Shown: positions 1-10,741 of the stretch, one piece after another | Layout of the letters: the number at the start of each line of letters is the position of its first letter | How positions within the stretch are numbered: the first letter of the stretch is position 1 | The notes under the pieces: generated by a model | What the model saw: only the letters and a program-made list of their open reading frames with translations | What the model was told of the DNA's origin: nothing | Database searches by the model: none | Source of the DNA: Nitrospirota bacterium | GTDB taxonomy: Bacteria > Nitrospirota > UBA9217 | Length of the DNA: 64,000 nt | NCBI GenBank assembly: GCA_963749655.1 | Contig: CAVVOB010000015.1 | Span: forward strand, 32,001-96,000 | Direction of reading: 5' to 3' | Program-made: the position numbers and the translations under genes

Positions 1-279
1 TGGAGCGCCCCGTTCCCGTTGGTCGCGCGCGGATACTTGTCGTTGATGAATGTTACGCCGTGGCCGACGAAGACGTCGTCTTCGATGATGACGCCTTCGC
101 AGATGAACGTATGGCTCTGGATCTTGCAGTTCTTGCCGATCACTGCCTTCTTCTGGATCTCGACGAAGGTGCCGATCTTCGTGTTGTCGTCGATCGAGCA
201 CCCGTAGAGGTTCACGAAGTTGGCGAGCTTGACGTTCTGTCCGAGCCGGACGTCGTCTGCAAACGGAAAGATATTTCAT
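1..279 (-). CDS. Hexapeptide-repeat sugar N-acetyltransferase (WxcM/FdtC-like); truncated by window edge, frameshift near start
   Basis: Manual minus-strand translation MKYLSV/ADDVRLGQNVKLANFVNLYGCSIDDNTKIGTFVEIQKKAVIGKNCKIQSHTFICEGVIIEDDVFVGHGVTFINDKYPRA shows left-handed beta-helix repeats; the ATG overlaps the upstream stop (ATGA). Confidence 0.85.
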   Translation of the reverse strand, partial: MKYLSVCRRRPARTERQARQLREPLRVLDRRQHEDRHLRRDPEEGSDRQELQDPEPYVHLRRRHHRRRRLRRPRRNIHQRQVSARDQRERGAP

Positions 280-1280
280 AGCCTGATCTCTCTCCCCTGA
301 TGGAGGATCGATTCGTTGCAGGCATCGAGCATTTTGACGACCCTCAATCCCGGCATGGCCGTCGTTGATGGGCGTTGTGTTCTCGGCGATGCACCTGATG
401 AAATATTCGGTTTCCAGTTTTAAGCGCCTCGCTCGTTCGACCCGGGGGGCGTGCATGTCGCCGGAACGGTAGTTGACCAGCAGGTCGTAGGACGCCTCCT
501 TGCTCTTACATCCACGCCCTTGTCGTAGATCTTGATCTTTTCGTCCACCTCCAGGTCGTTCCAGACCAGCATCTTCTTCTCGCCGCCGATCAGGGTCGTC
601 CGCACCTTGACCGGCGAGAGCCAGTTGACGTTGAAGTGGGCGATCATGCTGTCGCTGAAATGGACGGTGACATAAGCCGTGTCCTCCAGGCCGTTGCACG
701 TGCGCCTTGCCGCAGGCCGCCACGGCAACCGGCTTTTCGTTGATGAGGATAGTCCATGACCGAAAAATCGTGGGGCGCGAGATCCCAAATGACGTTCACG
801 TCGCGCTGGAACAGACCCAGGTTCACCCTGATGGAATCATAGTAGTAGAGGTCGCCCAGGACCTTTTCGTCGACGAGCTGTTTGATCTTTCTCACCGCGC
901 CGGTAAAGATGAACGTGTGGTCCACCATGATCATCAGATTCTTTTTCTCCGCCAGTTCGATCAACTCTTCGGCCTGAGCGACCGTCGCGGTAAAGGGCTT
1001 TTCCACGAACACATGCTTTCCGTTGTCGAGCGCCTTCTTGGCCAGATCGAAGTGTGTCGATACGGGAGTGATCACCGCAACGGCGTCGATGTCCGGCGAG
1101 GTCAGGATTTCGCTGCAGTCGCTCGTCGTTGTGATCTGGGGATAGGACCGTTTCGCCCGACTGAGGGACGTCGGGCTTTGATCGCAGACCGACATGGACC
1201 CTGGCCCCTTCAATGGTGCTGAAATTCCTGACGATGTTCGGACCCCAGTATCCGTACCCTATGATGCCGATGTTGATCAT
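276..1280 (-). CDS. Gfo/Idh/MocA family NAD-dependent oxidoreductase (sugar-nucleotide pathway); several frameshifts
   Basis: Joined ORFs 837..1298, 644..1213, 420..788: MINIGIIGYGYWGPN Rossmann motif, HVFVEKP, DLAPHD. Confidence 0.88.
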
Positions 1281-1313
1281 GTTTCCTCCTCGCTGCATTG
1301 GTCGCGTCCGCGG

Positions 1314-2460
1314 TCAATACGCTCCTTTGCCTGATACCATGGCCCAGGGTGTCTTTAAAAGGATCTTGATGTCCATCCACAGTGTCCAGTTCCTTGCATA
1401 CTGCAGATCGAGACGGACCATCTCGTCGAAGGTCGTCGAACTCCTTCCGCTCACCTGCCAGAGTCCGGTGATGCCCGGCTTCACCTCCCGGACGCGCCGC
1501 CGGTGCCAGCTTTCGTATTTTTCGAGCTCATAGGGAATAGGGGGACGCGGTCCCACCAGCGACATCTCGCCTTTCAGCACGTTCACGAACTGGGGCAGCT
1601 CGTCAAGGCTCGTCTTCCGCAGGAACATTCCCACGGACGTGATCCGGTCATCTTTCGTGATCTTGTACACTTTTGTTTCTTTGTTGTTGCCTTCCGTGTC
1701 GCACCCGGTCTTGTTCTCGATGAGGTTGTAGACGAACTCTTTGTGCCGGTCCGCGCTCTGATTGGCGTACATGCTTCTGAACTTCAGAAACTGGAATTTC
1801 TTCTCATATTGCCCCACCCGCTCCTGACGGAAGATCACCGGCCCGCGCGAAGTGAGCTTGATGCACAGGGGAATCAGGAGAAAACAGGGGGAGAAGAGGA
1901 TCAGCCCTGTGAGGCTGCCGATGATGTCCATGGTGCGCTTCAGCCGGAGTGCGCCATTGCGGTCACGGCTTTTTTTCGGCAGGTCAGGATAAAAGGTAAA
2001 CCGCGGCGAATCGACCGTCTTCATCGACCGGCCTTCATCAGGATACCGGTGAAACGATACGATGATCATGCCTGCCTGTTCGGAATGCAGTTTATCGACC
2101 AGTTCACTGTGGATCTTTTTCTGCAGGGTGTTGGTCTCGAAACTGTTCATCTCCGTAAATATGACACCCAGCACGGAGCCGTAACGGAACCAGCCCTTTA
2201 CATCGGTAACGCGCGTAAGGATCGAGAGCGCCTCCAGGGTGCCTTTCACGGTTGCGAGCCTTTTTTGCGGGTTCTGCATGGGCGAAAAATCCAGGGTCAT
2301 TACAAGGAACGGCCGTCCCGAACGCTCGCTTCGTTTTCTCTCGAACGCGAGCATATCGAGAAAGGACTCCTCGCTGTAGCAGTCGTGCTGTTCCGGCGGA
2401 TAGTGACGACGTTCCTGATCCGGATGATTCCTGGTCCCTGTTTATCATTTCCAGTCTCAT
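1314..2460 (-). CDS. Polyprenyl-phosphate sugar phosphotransferase (priming glycosyltransferase, Bac_transf); N-terminus frameshifted
   Basis: [53 protein letters not shown] motifs in 1314..2354; 2104..2460 probably supplies the N-terminus. Confidence 0.9.
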
Positions 2461-2549
2461 TGTTGTTCCTCTTCCCGATCACTTCTCGGTCTGCAGTTGT
2501 CGCCGGCGACCTCGGCCCGGCGGCCGATTTCCGCCCGGAGGCCCTATTC

Positions 2550-3854
2550 CTAAAACTCCTTCGTGATCCTGATCGCTGCCCGGTTGTTCATATAATTGTT
2601 ATCGACCGCGACAGGAGATGCGGATCGAATGTATGAATAGTCGAGCGACAGAATCAGGTCTCTCGTGAGATAGTGCTTGAATGCACCTCCGTAGATCTGC
2701 GTCCTCGTGCGGACTGACGGGCTCAAGGTCCGGTCTTCGAGGTCCTGGTACTGGGCGGACAGGGCAAGAGACGTGCGGCCCGAGAACCGATGATTGAGCG
2801 ACGCCCGGTAATCCGTGCTCGAAGCCGTCGGAACGTTGCTTCTCGCGTCACGGTAATCGTTCCGCGTTGCGCTCACTGCAAAGTCCGAACGCGACAGGAT
2901 ATGGGAAAACGACACCGTATAGGTGTCCACCTGTGTGGAAATGGTGAGCGGGTCCTCGGGAAACGACCGCTTCCAGTCGAGGGACAGGGTCGTTGCAGAG
3001 ATCTTTTCGGATATCCCCGCGCTGCCGCTGACGTATTCCCGGCTCGGCGATTGGTCATAATCGAGATGACCCGTGCCTATGGTGGCGTAAAGGAAGGAGT
3101 CTTTATCGAATTCGTACCGGGGGCCGGCATAAACGTCTGTCTGCTCGTAATTTTCAACCTCGTTGCGGTCCCTGGTTTCCTGCACACCGACTGATATCGT
3201 GAGCCGTGACGACGGGGTCCACGTCGCTTCGGCGAACAGGGTCGCGTCCTTGCGGTCCACGGCCGACGCGCTCGCTGATGACGAAATATGCGTATAGGTT
3301 GTTTCACGGTACTGAAAGCCCGTGGTCACGGCCACCAGGTCAGACGGGCGCAGTACCGCGAACGGACGGACGGAAGCGATGTTTTGTTCGGCCTGATTGA
3401 CGACAAGGCTTTGCTGCGTGTAGTCCCGCTCGATATTGAGCGATACCCTGCTCAGATCATCGGCGGCCTCGAGAAACAGCAGGTTGTCGAAAAGGACCGT
3501 CCTGTTCTTCAATTTCAGCGTCTGTGCGGAGTCGTCCCCGACGGTGCCCCGCTCGAAGTGCCGGTAGTCCAGTGAATAATCGGCGTCCCAGGTCCAGAAT
3601 GGGGATTGGTAGTGGAATACGATTGCCGGGACAGCGTGCGTTATCGTGTCTTCCTTCCCGTTGACATGTTCCAGAAGGATATTGTCGTTATATTCTTCGC
3701 CGAGAGTAATGGACGGTTTCATGGTGAACTCCGCTGCGACCGCCGGTCCGGACCAGAACAGGACGGCCGCTGCAAACACTGCTGCGAGCGACGCGTACGG
3801 CCTGCCGGCGGAAGCAAAGCGCTTCAGACTACTGTCCTTCGCTTGACGTGACAT
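2550..3854 (-). CDS. PEP-CTERM/EPS-associated outer-membrane beta-barrel protein (TIGR03016-like)
   Basis: Signal peptide, EEYNDNI motif, amphipathic beta strands, C-terminal Phe; position in EPS locus. Confidence 0.75.
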   Translation of the reverse strand: MSRQAKDSSLKRFASAGRPYASLAAVFAAAVLFWSGPAVAAEFTMKPSITLGEEYNDNILLEHVNGKEDTITHAVPAIVFHYQSPFWTWDADYSLDYRHFERGTVGDDSAQTLKLKNRTVLFDNLLFLEAADDLSRVSLNIERDYTQQSLVVNQAEQNIASVRPFAVLRPSDLVAVTTGFQYRETTYTHISSSASASAVDRKDATLFAEATWTPSSRLTISVGVQETRDRNEVENYEQTDVYAGPRYEFDKDSFLYATIGTGHLDYDQSPSREYVSGSAGISEKISATTLSLDWKRSFPEDPLTISTQVDTYTVSFSHILSRSDFAVSATRNDYRDARSNVPTASSTDYRASLNHRFSGRTSLALSAQYQDLEDRTLSPSVRTRTQIYGGAFKHYLTRDLILSLDYSYIRSASPVAVDNNYMNNRAAIRITKEF

Positions 3855-4731
3855 TGAGAGCGTCGTCGCTGCTTCCGGATTTTGCGCCCGGCACCGTTCC
3901 GGACCGATAGTAATAGGGATAGCGGCTCTGTGACGGATACTTTTTCACATTGTTCAAAACCGATCCGAGAATATTGTAGTCCTGGATCAGCGACAGCGCC
4001 TGCGCGCCCGATTTGCGGTCCGATCGCCCCGCCTGCGCGACGAAAATAACGCCGTCGACGAAAGCGCAAAGGGAAAGACTGTCGGCCGCGGCCAGGAGCG
4101 GGGACGTGTCGAAAATAACATAGCGGTCGCGGTACCGTTCCTTGATCTCGAGAACCATCGATTTCATCCGTGACGAATTGATGAGCTCTGCGGGGTTCTC
4201 CGGCGGTTCACCGGCGGCAATAACGACGAGCTTGCCGATGCCGGACTTGATCATGAGCTTGGGCAATTCGACGCGCCCCGCCAGATAATCGCTCAATCCG
4301 AATTGCGGCTTCAGCCCCAGATAGGTATGCACCGACGGTTTTCTTAAATCGGCGTCCACGAGCAGCACGGTATGGTCCAGTTCATGGGAGATGGATACGG
4401 CGAGATTGATGGCCGTAACGCTCTTGCCTTCGCTCGGATGAGCGCTGGTGACCATGATCGTGTTGTGCCCGTCCTTCTTCGTGCCGGCGAGCACGCGGAC
4501 GCGGAGCTTCCGGTATTCCTCTGAGGCATAACTATAGGGATCGGTTATGGTGACGATATGGCTGTTCACGTTTGCGACGTCGACGCCGCCTTCGCCTGCG
4601 TCAAAGACCGAGGAAGGAAACGCATGGACAATGCCCCGCGCTGATGACGGGACGCCTGCGCTGACCGGCGCCGGAGCCTTGACCGATCTCATTTTTACGG
4701 CTTTTTCAAGTGCCCGTTCAATCCTGCTCAT
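3829..4731 (-). CDS. Polysaccharide-export tyrosine autokinase (CpsD/CapB, XrtA-associated)
   Basis: MSRIERALEKA start, SAHPSEGKS Walker A, LLVDADLRKP, IFDTSP, Tyr-rich tail YPYYY. Confidence 0.9.
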   Translation of the reverse strand: MSRIERALEKAVKMRSVKAPAPVSAGVPSSARGIVHAFPSSVFDAGEGGVDVANVNSHIVTITDPYSYASEEYRKLRVRVLAGTKKDGHNTIMVTSAHPSEGKSVTAINLAVSISHELDHTVLLVDADLRKPSVHTYLGLKPQFGLSDYLAGRVELPKLMIKSGIGKLVVIAAGEPPENPAELINSSRMKSMVLEIKERYRDRYVIFDTSPLLAAADSLSLCAFVDGVIFVAQAGRSDRKSGAQALSLIQDYNILGSVLNNVKKYPSQSRYPYYYRSGTVPGAKSGSSDDALNVTSSEGQ

Positions 4732-4742
4732 AGAGTGCCCCG

Positions 4743-6320
4743 TCAACCTCGAAAAATGCCGATTCCCAGATACCGGGATGCCGCCTCTCCGATCAGAACG
4801 AGTATGATCAGCAGGAGGTAGGCGCCGGAAGCGACAAAAACCTTCTTGTCGCGGGCCGCTTCGATCTGTATATCCTCTTCGGTGATAATAGCCGGGATCG
4901 ATGCCAGAACGGGGATCCGCAGCCCCTTCTCTACATCGTCCACATTCTTGAAAGACCTGTCAAAATAGTCGAGAGCTGCCGCCGCGGCTATTCCCGATGC
5001 GACGCCCAGGAACAATCCCATGAGAATCATTCGAATACGGTTGGGGCTGACGGGAACACGCGGCATGACCGGCGGATCGACGATGCGGAGACGCGTCGTC
5101 TTGTCGGCGAGCTCGAGATCTTTCGTAACCCGTGCGCTTTCCCGCTTCTGGATCAACTCGTCGTAGACCCGCTGATAGGCGTTCCGGTCCCGCTGGATCT
5201 TGGACCACTCTTCCTGCTCTTTCGGCATCCGCCCCAGGTCCGCCCGCCCCGTGTTCTGCAGTCTTGTCAGCTCGTCGAGCCGGGCTTTGAGCGACTCCAT
5301 CTCCGATTCGGTCTTGGAAAGCTCTTCCTTCATCTGGCGGTACACGGGATTCATGGCCTGCATTTCCCCGCCCCCTTCGCCCTTCTTTTTATCACTTTTG
5401 ATGCCGAGCTCCATCTGTCTCTGAAGCTGATCGATCTCGCTCTTGATCCGTATGACATCGGGATAATCTTCGGTATACTTGCTCAGAAGAAGCATGAGCT
5501 GGTTGTTCAGGTAATTCAGCCTGCCTGCCGGCGAATCGTCGTGAGAAACAAAGGCGACGGTCATTTCCTTTTCGCCCGACAGCTGCTTTCGAAGGCTCTC
5601 CCGTTTTCGCTGAAGCTCCTTCAGCCTGATCTCCGTATCGATCCGACCTGTCTGGTAATTCTCGATCCTTGCGAGAAGCGTGGCTTCACTCTGGGGAACC
5701 ATGGTGGGGTTCTTTTCGCGAAACTCGCGAATGGCCTTGTCGGAATCCTCCAGCTTTTTCTTATACTCATTGAGCTGTTCGTCGATGAAAGCATAGGCGC
5801 CGAGGGCATCGTTGATCTGGAGGCCCGTGCTTTCGGCGATGAACTCATTCACCAGCGCTTCCAGCATGGTGTACACCTCTTTGGGCTCCCTCCCCTGATA
5901 GGATATCTGGAACAGGTTCTGGGTCCGTCTGTCTCCCACGCTGCTGATGGCGGTCACCTTGAGATCCTTCTGGATCGAGGCAATCCTGCCGTCATATTCG
6001 ATGGTGTCCTTGGAGCTTTCGATCCGGTCAAGCTTTTTGAGGACACGCCCGATGATCGTCCTGCTCGTTATCGTGTTCCTCAGATCAATGAGGCTCTGAT
6101 CTCCCGGAGGAACGCCGACGCCCTGGATGAGGGGATTCAACAGCGCGCTTTTCTCTATGGTTACGGAAACCGATGCCTCGTAGGTCTTCGGGCACAGGTA
6201 GCTCCCCCAGGTGAACAGCGAGACCACGAGCAGAGCAGTGGCCAGGGCTATATACCGCCTCTTCCAGATCAGGTCCCGGTACCGGTTGATATCGAATCCG
6301 GTTGGTTCTTCTTCGTGCAT
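4743..6320 (-). CDS. Polysaccharide chain-length determinant (Wzz/GumC, XrtA system)
   Basis: Two TM segments flanking long coiled coil, YTEDYPDV, IVDPP..P..PVSPNR motifs. Confidence 0.88.
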   Translation of the reverse strand: MHEEEPTGFDINRYRDLIWKRRYIALATALLVVSLFTWGSYLCPKTYEASVSVTIEKSALLNPLIQGVGVPPGDQSLIDLRNTITSRTIIGRVLKKLDRIESSKDTIEYDGRIASIQKDLKVTAISSVGDRRTQNLFQISYQGREPKEVYTMLEALVNEFIAESTGLQINDALGAYAFIDEQLNEYKKKLEDSDKAIREFREKNPTMVPQSEATLLARIENYQTGRIDTEIRLKELQRKRESLRKQLSGEKEMTVAFVSHDDSPAGRLNYLNNQLMLLLSKYTEDYPDVIRIKSEIDQLQRQMELGIKSDKKKGEGGGEMQAMNPVYRQMKEELSKTESEMESLKARLDELTRLQNTGRADLGRMPKEQEEWSKIQRDRNAYQRVYDELIQKRESARVTKDLELADKTTRLRIVDPPVMPRVPVSPNRIRMILMGLFLGVASGIAAAAALDYFDRSFKNVDDVEKGLRIPVLASIPAIITEEDIQIEAARDKKVFVASGAYLLLIILVLIGEAASRYLGIGIFRG

Positions 6321-6329
6321 GGACTGCTC

Positions 6330-7182
6330 CTAAAAAAAGCTGCTGTTGACCCGTACGATATCGCCCGGTTTTAAAACGACATTCTTCGCGATCTTTCCGT
6401 TCATTACATCCTTAAGCGGCACCTTGATGTTCTTTACGACTTCATCTTCTTTACGGACGATGACGACCCCGTTCCGGCTGGCATATTCAGTAAAGCCGCC
6501 TGCGCTCAGTACGGCATCGAGCGCCGTCATGCCCTCGGCGAACGGGACGAGACCGGGCGTCTTTACTTCACCGACGACGCGAATCCGGGTGGTGATTCCG
6601 CCGGGAAGATAGATGATATCGTTGGGCTCCAACTTGACATCCTGGCTCAGATCGCCTTTCGTCATAAGTCTCAAAAAATCCACGGCAAGCCTTTTTCCGT
6701 CCCGTGATACGAAAGCGTCCTGCATCTGTACGCTGTCGAGGGACCCCAGCTGTGCAAGCATCTGGAGGAGCGTGGTGTCCCGCTTCAGCGTGTACTGACC
6801 GGTGGGAAACGATCCGTTTCCGGACGGGGCCGTCCGGGAAAGCCCTTCGCCGAAAATGTAGATTCTTGAAGCTGTTGACCGCCGTGACGAGAACGCTTAC
6901 GACGGGCGCTTTCATAAACTTCGCAAGATCCTTCTCCAACGCCACCTTGAGCTCTTGCGGCGTTTTGCCGGCCGCCCGTACATCGCCGACGAGCGGCATG
7001 GAAACCATGCCGTCAGGCCGAACAGGGACATGAACGCTCAGTTCTGCATTTCCCCAGACCGAAATCTGAAGCATGTCCTCTTCGCCGATGATATAGGCCC
7101 GGGCCGTGCCCGGTGCTGCAACGGCCGAGATGAGCACGAAGAGCAGTACGGAGAATCGGATGCTTGGGATTATTCTTTGCAT
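6330..7182 (-). CDS. Polysaccharide biosynthesis/export protein (Wza-like, SLBB domains); frameshifted
   Basis: YIIGEEDMLQISVW, VRPDGMVSMPLVGDV.AAG in 6568..7233; VVGEVKTPG, AGGFTEYA, LKPGDIV in 6330..6761. Confidence 0.88.
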
Positions 7183-7405
7183 AATGTCTCCCGTCCGGTT
7201 CTCAGTGGGAACCGGACTTTTATCTTTCACCAACCACCGTTTGCTCCGGAAGCGAGCGCCATGGACGGATGTTGTTCCTTTATGGCCGGATATAGCTTCG
7301 CCCCTTCAGTTACAGAGGCTTTCTGCAACATGATGCAAACACGCATTTCTTGTGGGAGGCGCGGCCCTGACATCGGACCCTTTCTACGAAGCCGACGATT
7401 GCTTT

Positions 7406-8092
7406 CTATACCGTTTCTATATCCTGGGGCGAAATAGCGACCGAAACCGACCGGCCGAGCAATTCGATATTCACCTGGAACAGATACCCGTCGTCCTTCC
7501 TGAAAAGGGTTCCCTCGGCTGTTTTCAAGGGACCGTTCTTTACCCGCACACGGCATCCCTGCAGAAATTCAGGATACAGGTTGATCGCGATACCGCTGTC
7601 GACGAGGAGCCGCAGAGACTCGACTTCTTCATTTGCGATCGCCGTCGGATGGCCGGGCTCCAGTGAGACGAAACAGGCGACCCCGCGCGTCTGAAGGACT
7701 TTGATGAACAATTCAGCGTGACGCGGTATTCGCACAAACAGATATCCCGGGAAAAGGGGCTGCTCGAGGTGTTTTTTTCTGTCCTGCCATTGCCTGACGC
7801 TGGTTACGGTCGGCAAGAATGACGTGATGCCTTTTTTCATCAATTCACAGGCCGCGACAAATTCATGCCTCGACTTTACCGCGACCGCATACCAGTTCTC
7901 CAGACAAGCATGGTCGTCCGTCCCGTCAAGGGACTCCCCGGCAGGCGCGGCAACGGCGGCCTCATCCGACTGTTCGAAAACATCCGGATCGCTCCCGCTC
8001 AGTTCCGCTGCCGGTGCAGCGCATTCTGCGCTGTTCGCAGCAGCCGGCTTGTCATCAACATCTGTCTGCATGAGCCCCGCCTTTCCTGTCAT
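7406..8092 (-). CDS. UpxY/LoaP-type NusG-family transcription antiterminator
   Basis: WYAVAVKSRHE, PLFPGYLFV NGN domain and KOW (RVRVKNGPL); precedes EPS genes; unusual ~65-aa acidic N-terminal extension. Confidence 0.85.
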   Translation of the reverse strand: MTGKAGLMQTDVDDKPAAANSAECAAPAAELSGSDPDVFEQSDEAAVAAPAGESLDGTDDHACLENWYAVAVKSRHEFVAACELMKKGITSFLPTVTSVRQWQDRKKHLEQPLFPGYLFVRIPRHAELFIKVLQTRGVACFVSLEPGHPTAIANEEVESLRLLVDSGIAINLYPEFLQGCRVRVKNGPLKTAEGTLFRKDDGYLFQVNIELLGRSVSVAISPQDIETV

Positions 8093-8099
8093 CAGCTGC

Positions 8100-8985
8100 C
8101 TAACTGGATTTGAGCGCGTTGATAAGCGCCGTGCAGTTCAATGATCGATCGGAACCGTTGTCTTTGCCCCAGAAATGTCCTTCAAAGTCCAGGTCGCCGG
8201 CGATTTCCTGCACCATGTCGATATCGACATCCCTCCGCTCTTCATTGAAGGCCGTGAGCAGAAGAAAATCACACAAGATGTTCAGGAGCCTCGGAATTCC
8301 GCGACTGTAGCGAAAAAGATGATCGATGCATCCTTCCCCGAAGGTTACCGCACCCCTGTTTCCGGCGATCTCCAGCCGGTGGAAGATATACTGTTCAGTC
8401 TCCTCCCGCGTAAGAGGATGGATACGGCAGCTGACGCTGATCCTCTGTCTCAGCTGTCTCAGCTCGGGAAGCGCCAGACTGTTCCGCAGTTCCGGCTGGC
8501 CGACCAGAATGATTCGAAGCAGCTTGGTCGTGGCGGTTTCGAGATTCGACAGCATTCTGATCTCCTCGAGGAGGTCGGGCTTGAAGTTCTGCGCCTCGTC
8601 GACGATCAGCAGGGACTGGTTGCCCTTTGCGTACTGCTCGATCAGGAAATCATAGAGTTCTTTCAGCAGCTTGACCTTGTCTTTTCCCTTGCTGTCGAGG
8701 CCGAAATCGTCGTTGATCATGGCAAAAAGCTGCTCCGAATTGACGTTCGTGTTGAAGATCTTCGCAAACACCACGTTCTCGTCAAGACGTTTTAACGAGA
8801 TCGCTGAGGAGCGTTGTCTTGCCCGAGCCGACGTCGCCGGTAAGAAGTATGAATCCCGCCTTTTCCCGTATGCCGTAGTTCAGGTATTGCATCGCCTTCT
8901 TATGCGTCTTGCTCATAAAAATAAAATCCGGATTCGGCACAAGCTCGAAGGGCTTTGTTCTTAAATTGAAGAAGGACTCGTACAT
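8100..8985 (-). CDS. ExeA-family AAA ATPase (XrtA/PEP-CTERM system-associated); frameshifted
   Basis: MYESFFNLRTKPF, GDVGSGKTT Walker A (8782..8985); IVDEAQN, ILVGQPEL, LRQRI, SRGIPRLLN (8100..8774). Confidence 0.88.
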
Positions 8986-9088
8986 GACGCCGGCGGTCTC
9001 CTTTTCGGCATCGTCATACCGGCGCTGCGCTGCCGCCGATGCTCCGATCTATCCGAATCGCCCTGACTTCCGTCCCCGGCGGGGACGG

Positions 9089-9461
9089 CTACTGAATCTC
9101 CTGAACAATGCCCCTCGACATCGCCTGGCCTACGAGTATTCTGAACTTGTGGTAGTCCAGCGGTTTGATGAGACAGTGCGACAAGGTCTTGTCAAAATCG
9201 TCGAGAGCTCTGGTAAGATCATGACAGACCTGGTCGGAAAGAATGATCGTGGGGATCCTCGATCGCTGAAGCTTGCCGAGGAGAGACGCGCAGTAAGGAT
9301 AGCTGGTAATGACCAGCCCCAATTCATCACTGGTTCCGGTCGAGGTCTACCTGGAACACGTCGGGAACTACGTTTATGCTGTATCCTTCTTTTTCGAGAA
9401 GCGCCGCGCAGATGCGACAGAAGATCGCATCGTCGACAATGAGTATCTTTTTCTTATGCAT
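9089..9461 (-). CDS. Small receiver-like (response regulator) protein, degenerate; frameshifted
   Basis: KILIVDDAIFCRICAALLEKEGY joined to GLVITSYPY...IILSD...CLIKPLDY; the phospho-acceptor Asp appears to be absent. Confidence 0.65.
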
Positions 9462-9481
9462 GTCCATCTCGCACAAAGAGT

Positions 9482-9497
9482 AGCAATTATGATGCCG
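9482..9497 (-). promoter_or_regulatory. Sigma-54 (-24/-12) promoter for the EPS locus
   Basis: Minus strand CGGCATCATAATTGCT = GG-N10-GC with TTGC, just upstream of the first EPS-locus gene. Confidence 0.65.
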
Positions 9498-9899
9498 CTG
9501 CTGATACGCTGTTTTTTCGTGACCTTGCGGCCCTCTGCATGAACGCAGGTTCCAGCCTGTGTCCCTGGGATACATATTTTCGAAATTGCGGGTTCCTTTC
9601 GATGTAGCCGCGGGATACACCATTCTTCATCCTCTGTAAAATCAACAATCTAAGTATTCCGATTGTACCCTGCCGGGGCACTATTCATCCCATGGTCAGC
9701 GGCTCGAAGCGGCATCATGCTCGCAGAAGTCGATGTGATCGCGCTCAACAGCGAAACGAGGGTGGCTTCTGACGACGCCGGGAATTCCGTCGTCATTGCC
9801 AGTAACTTCAAATGGTTTATCCGTGATGAATCGCCGGATAAAAACACAAAATTGCATTCGACCATGACAGGATTTTCGCACCAGCCCCGGATTTTGCGG

Positions 9900-9915
9900 C
9901 GGTATGCTTCTTGCA
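9900..9915 (+). promoter_or_regulatory. Sigma-54 (-24/-12) promoter for lipoprotein-glmS unit
   Basis: CGGTATGCTTCTTGCA = GG-N10-GC. Confidence 0.55.
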
Positions 9916-10105
9916 CTTTTCCGGGTGGATCATTTTCGGGTGCCCGTCACTTCGCGGTTACATCGAGCCGCAGCCTTAGATAGTAAGCATCAGTAAGGAC
10001 GCGGATGCCGCTCTGGCTGTCTTCGCGAACAGAAGACACGGTGCAGCTGAATTTTTTGCTGAACAAACAGGTATTGCTGTGTATTCCACCCATCCGGAGG
10101 AAAAC

Positions 10106-10648
10106 ATGAAAAGAGCGCTTCTGCAGTTCATACTCCCCTTTGCCGTTTTCACGGCGCTCGCATCCTGCAGCTCGAGCAGCCGGAGCACAAACGGAGGCAC
10201 TAACACAGCCCCCCCCACATCAGCCGTTATCGTTTTTGCAACGTCGGTGAGCGGAACGCTGCCGGCGAACACGGTTATCACGGGCTACGACCTGACGTTC
10301 ACCCTTCCGTCAGGGGTGACTGTAAAAAGCTCGGTCCCGCCGACAACGGATGACGGTGTTGTTCAGGCAACGGGAGCGGCATCGGGGTCCATGATCACCG
10401 CCGTCTATTCTCCCGCAACGGGCGCCGGCAACGGCACGGTCAGAATCATGCTGGCGGATGCAGAGGGATTCAATGCCGGTGAATTCAGCACCGTGGTCTG
10501 CGATATCGCCGACGGTCACCAGCCTGATCCATCGGATTTCTATCATGGCCAGATGTCGCTGGCAGTGAGCGGATACGATACGGCTACGGATACGACCGTA
10601 AACCTGACCGCTGAGCTGTCGCTTTCTGCATCGGTGACGATACAGTAA
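10106..10648 (+). CDS. Lipoprotein, beta-rich (cohesin-like) domain
   Basis: GGAGGA RBS, lipobox LASC, Ser/Thr-rich linker, LTFTLPSGVTV beta-sandwich pattern. Confidence 0.7.
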   Translation: MKRALLQFILPFAVFTALASCSSSSRSTNGGTNTAPPTSAVIVFATSVSGTLPANTVITGYDLTFTLPSGVTVKSSVPPTTDDGVVQATGAASGSMITAVYSPATGAGNGTVRIMLADAEGFNAGEFSTVVCDIADGHQPDPSDFYHGQMSLAVSGYDTATDTTVNLTAELSLSASVTIQ

Positions 10649-10741
10649 GGAAGAGCAGACGGATTCTGAAAGTCGAGAGCTTCCAGCCGACCGCTGAAAG
10701 CTCAAAGATTAGAAAACAGGAAGCAAAGGGGGACCCGAACC

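Noticed and set aside
9650-9983. Overlapping short ORFs on both strands
   Set aside because: No recognisable motifs or RBS; the region is better explained as the control region between divergent sigma-54 promoters
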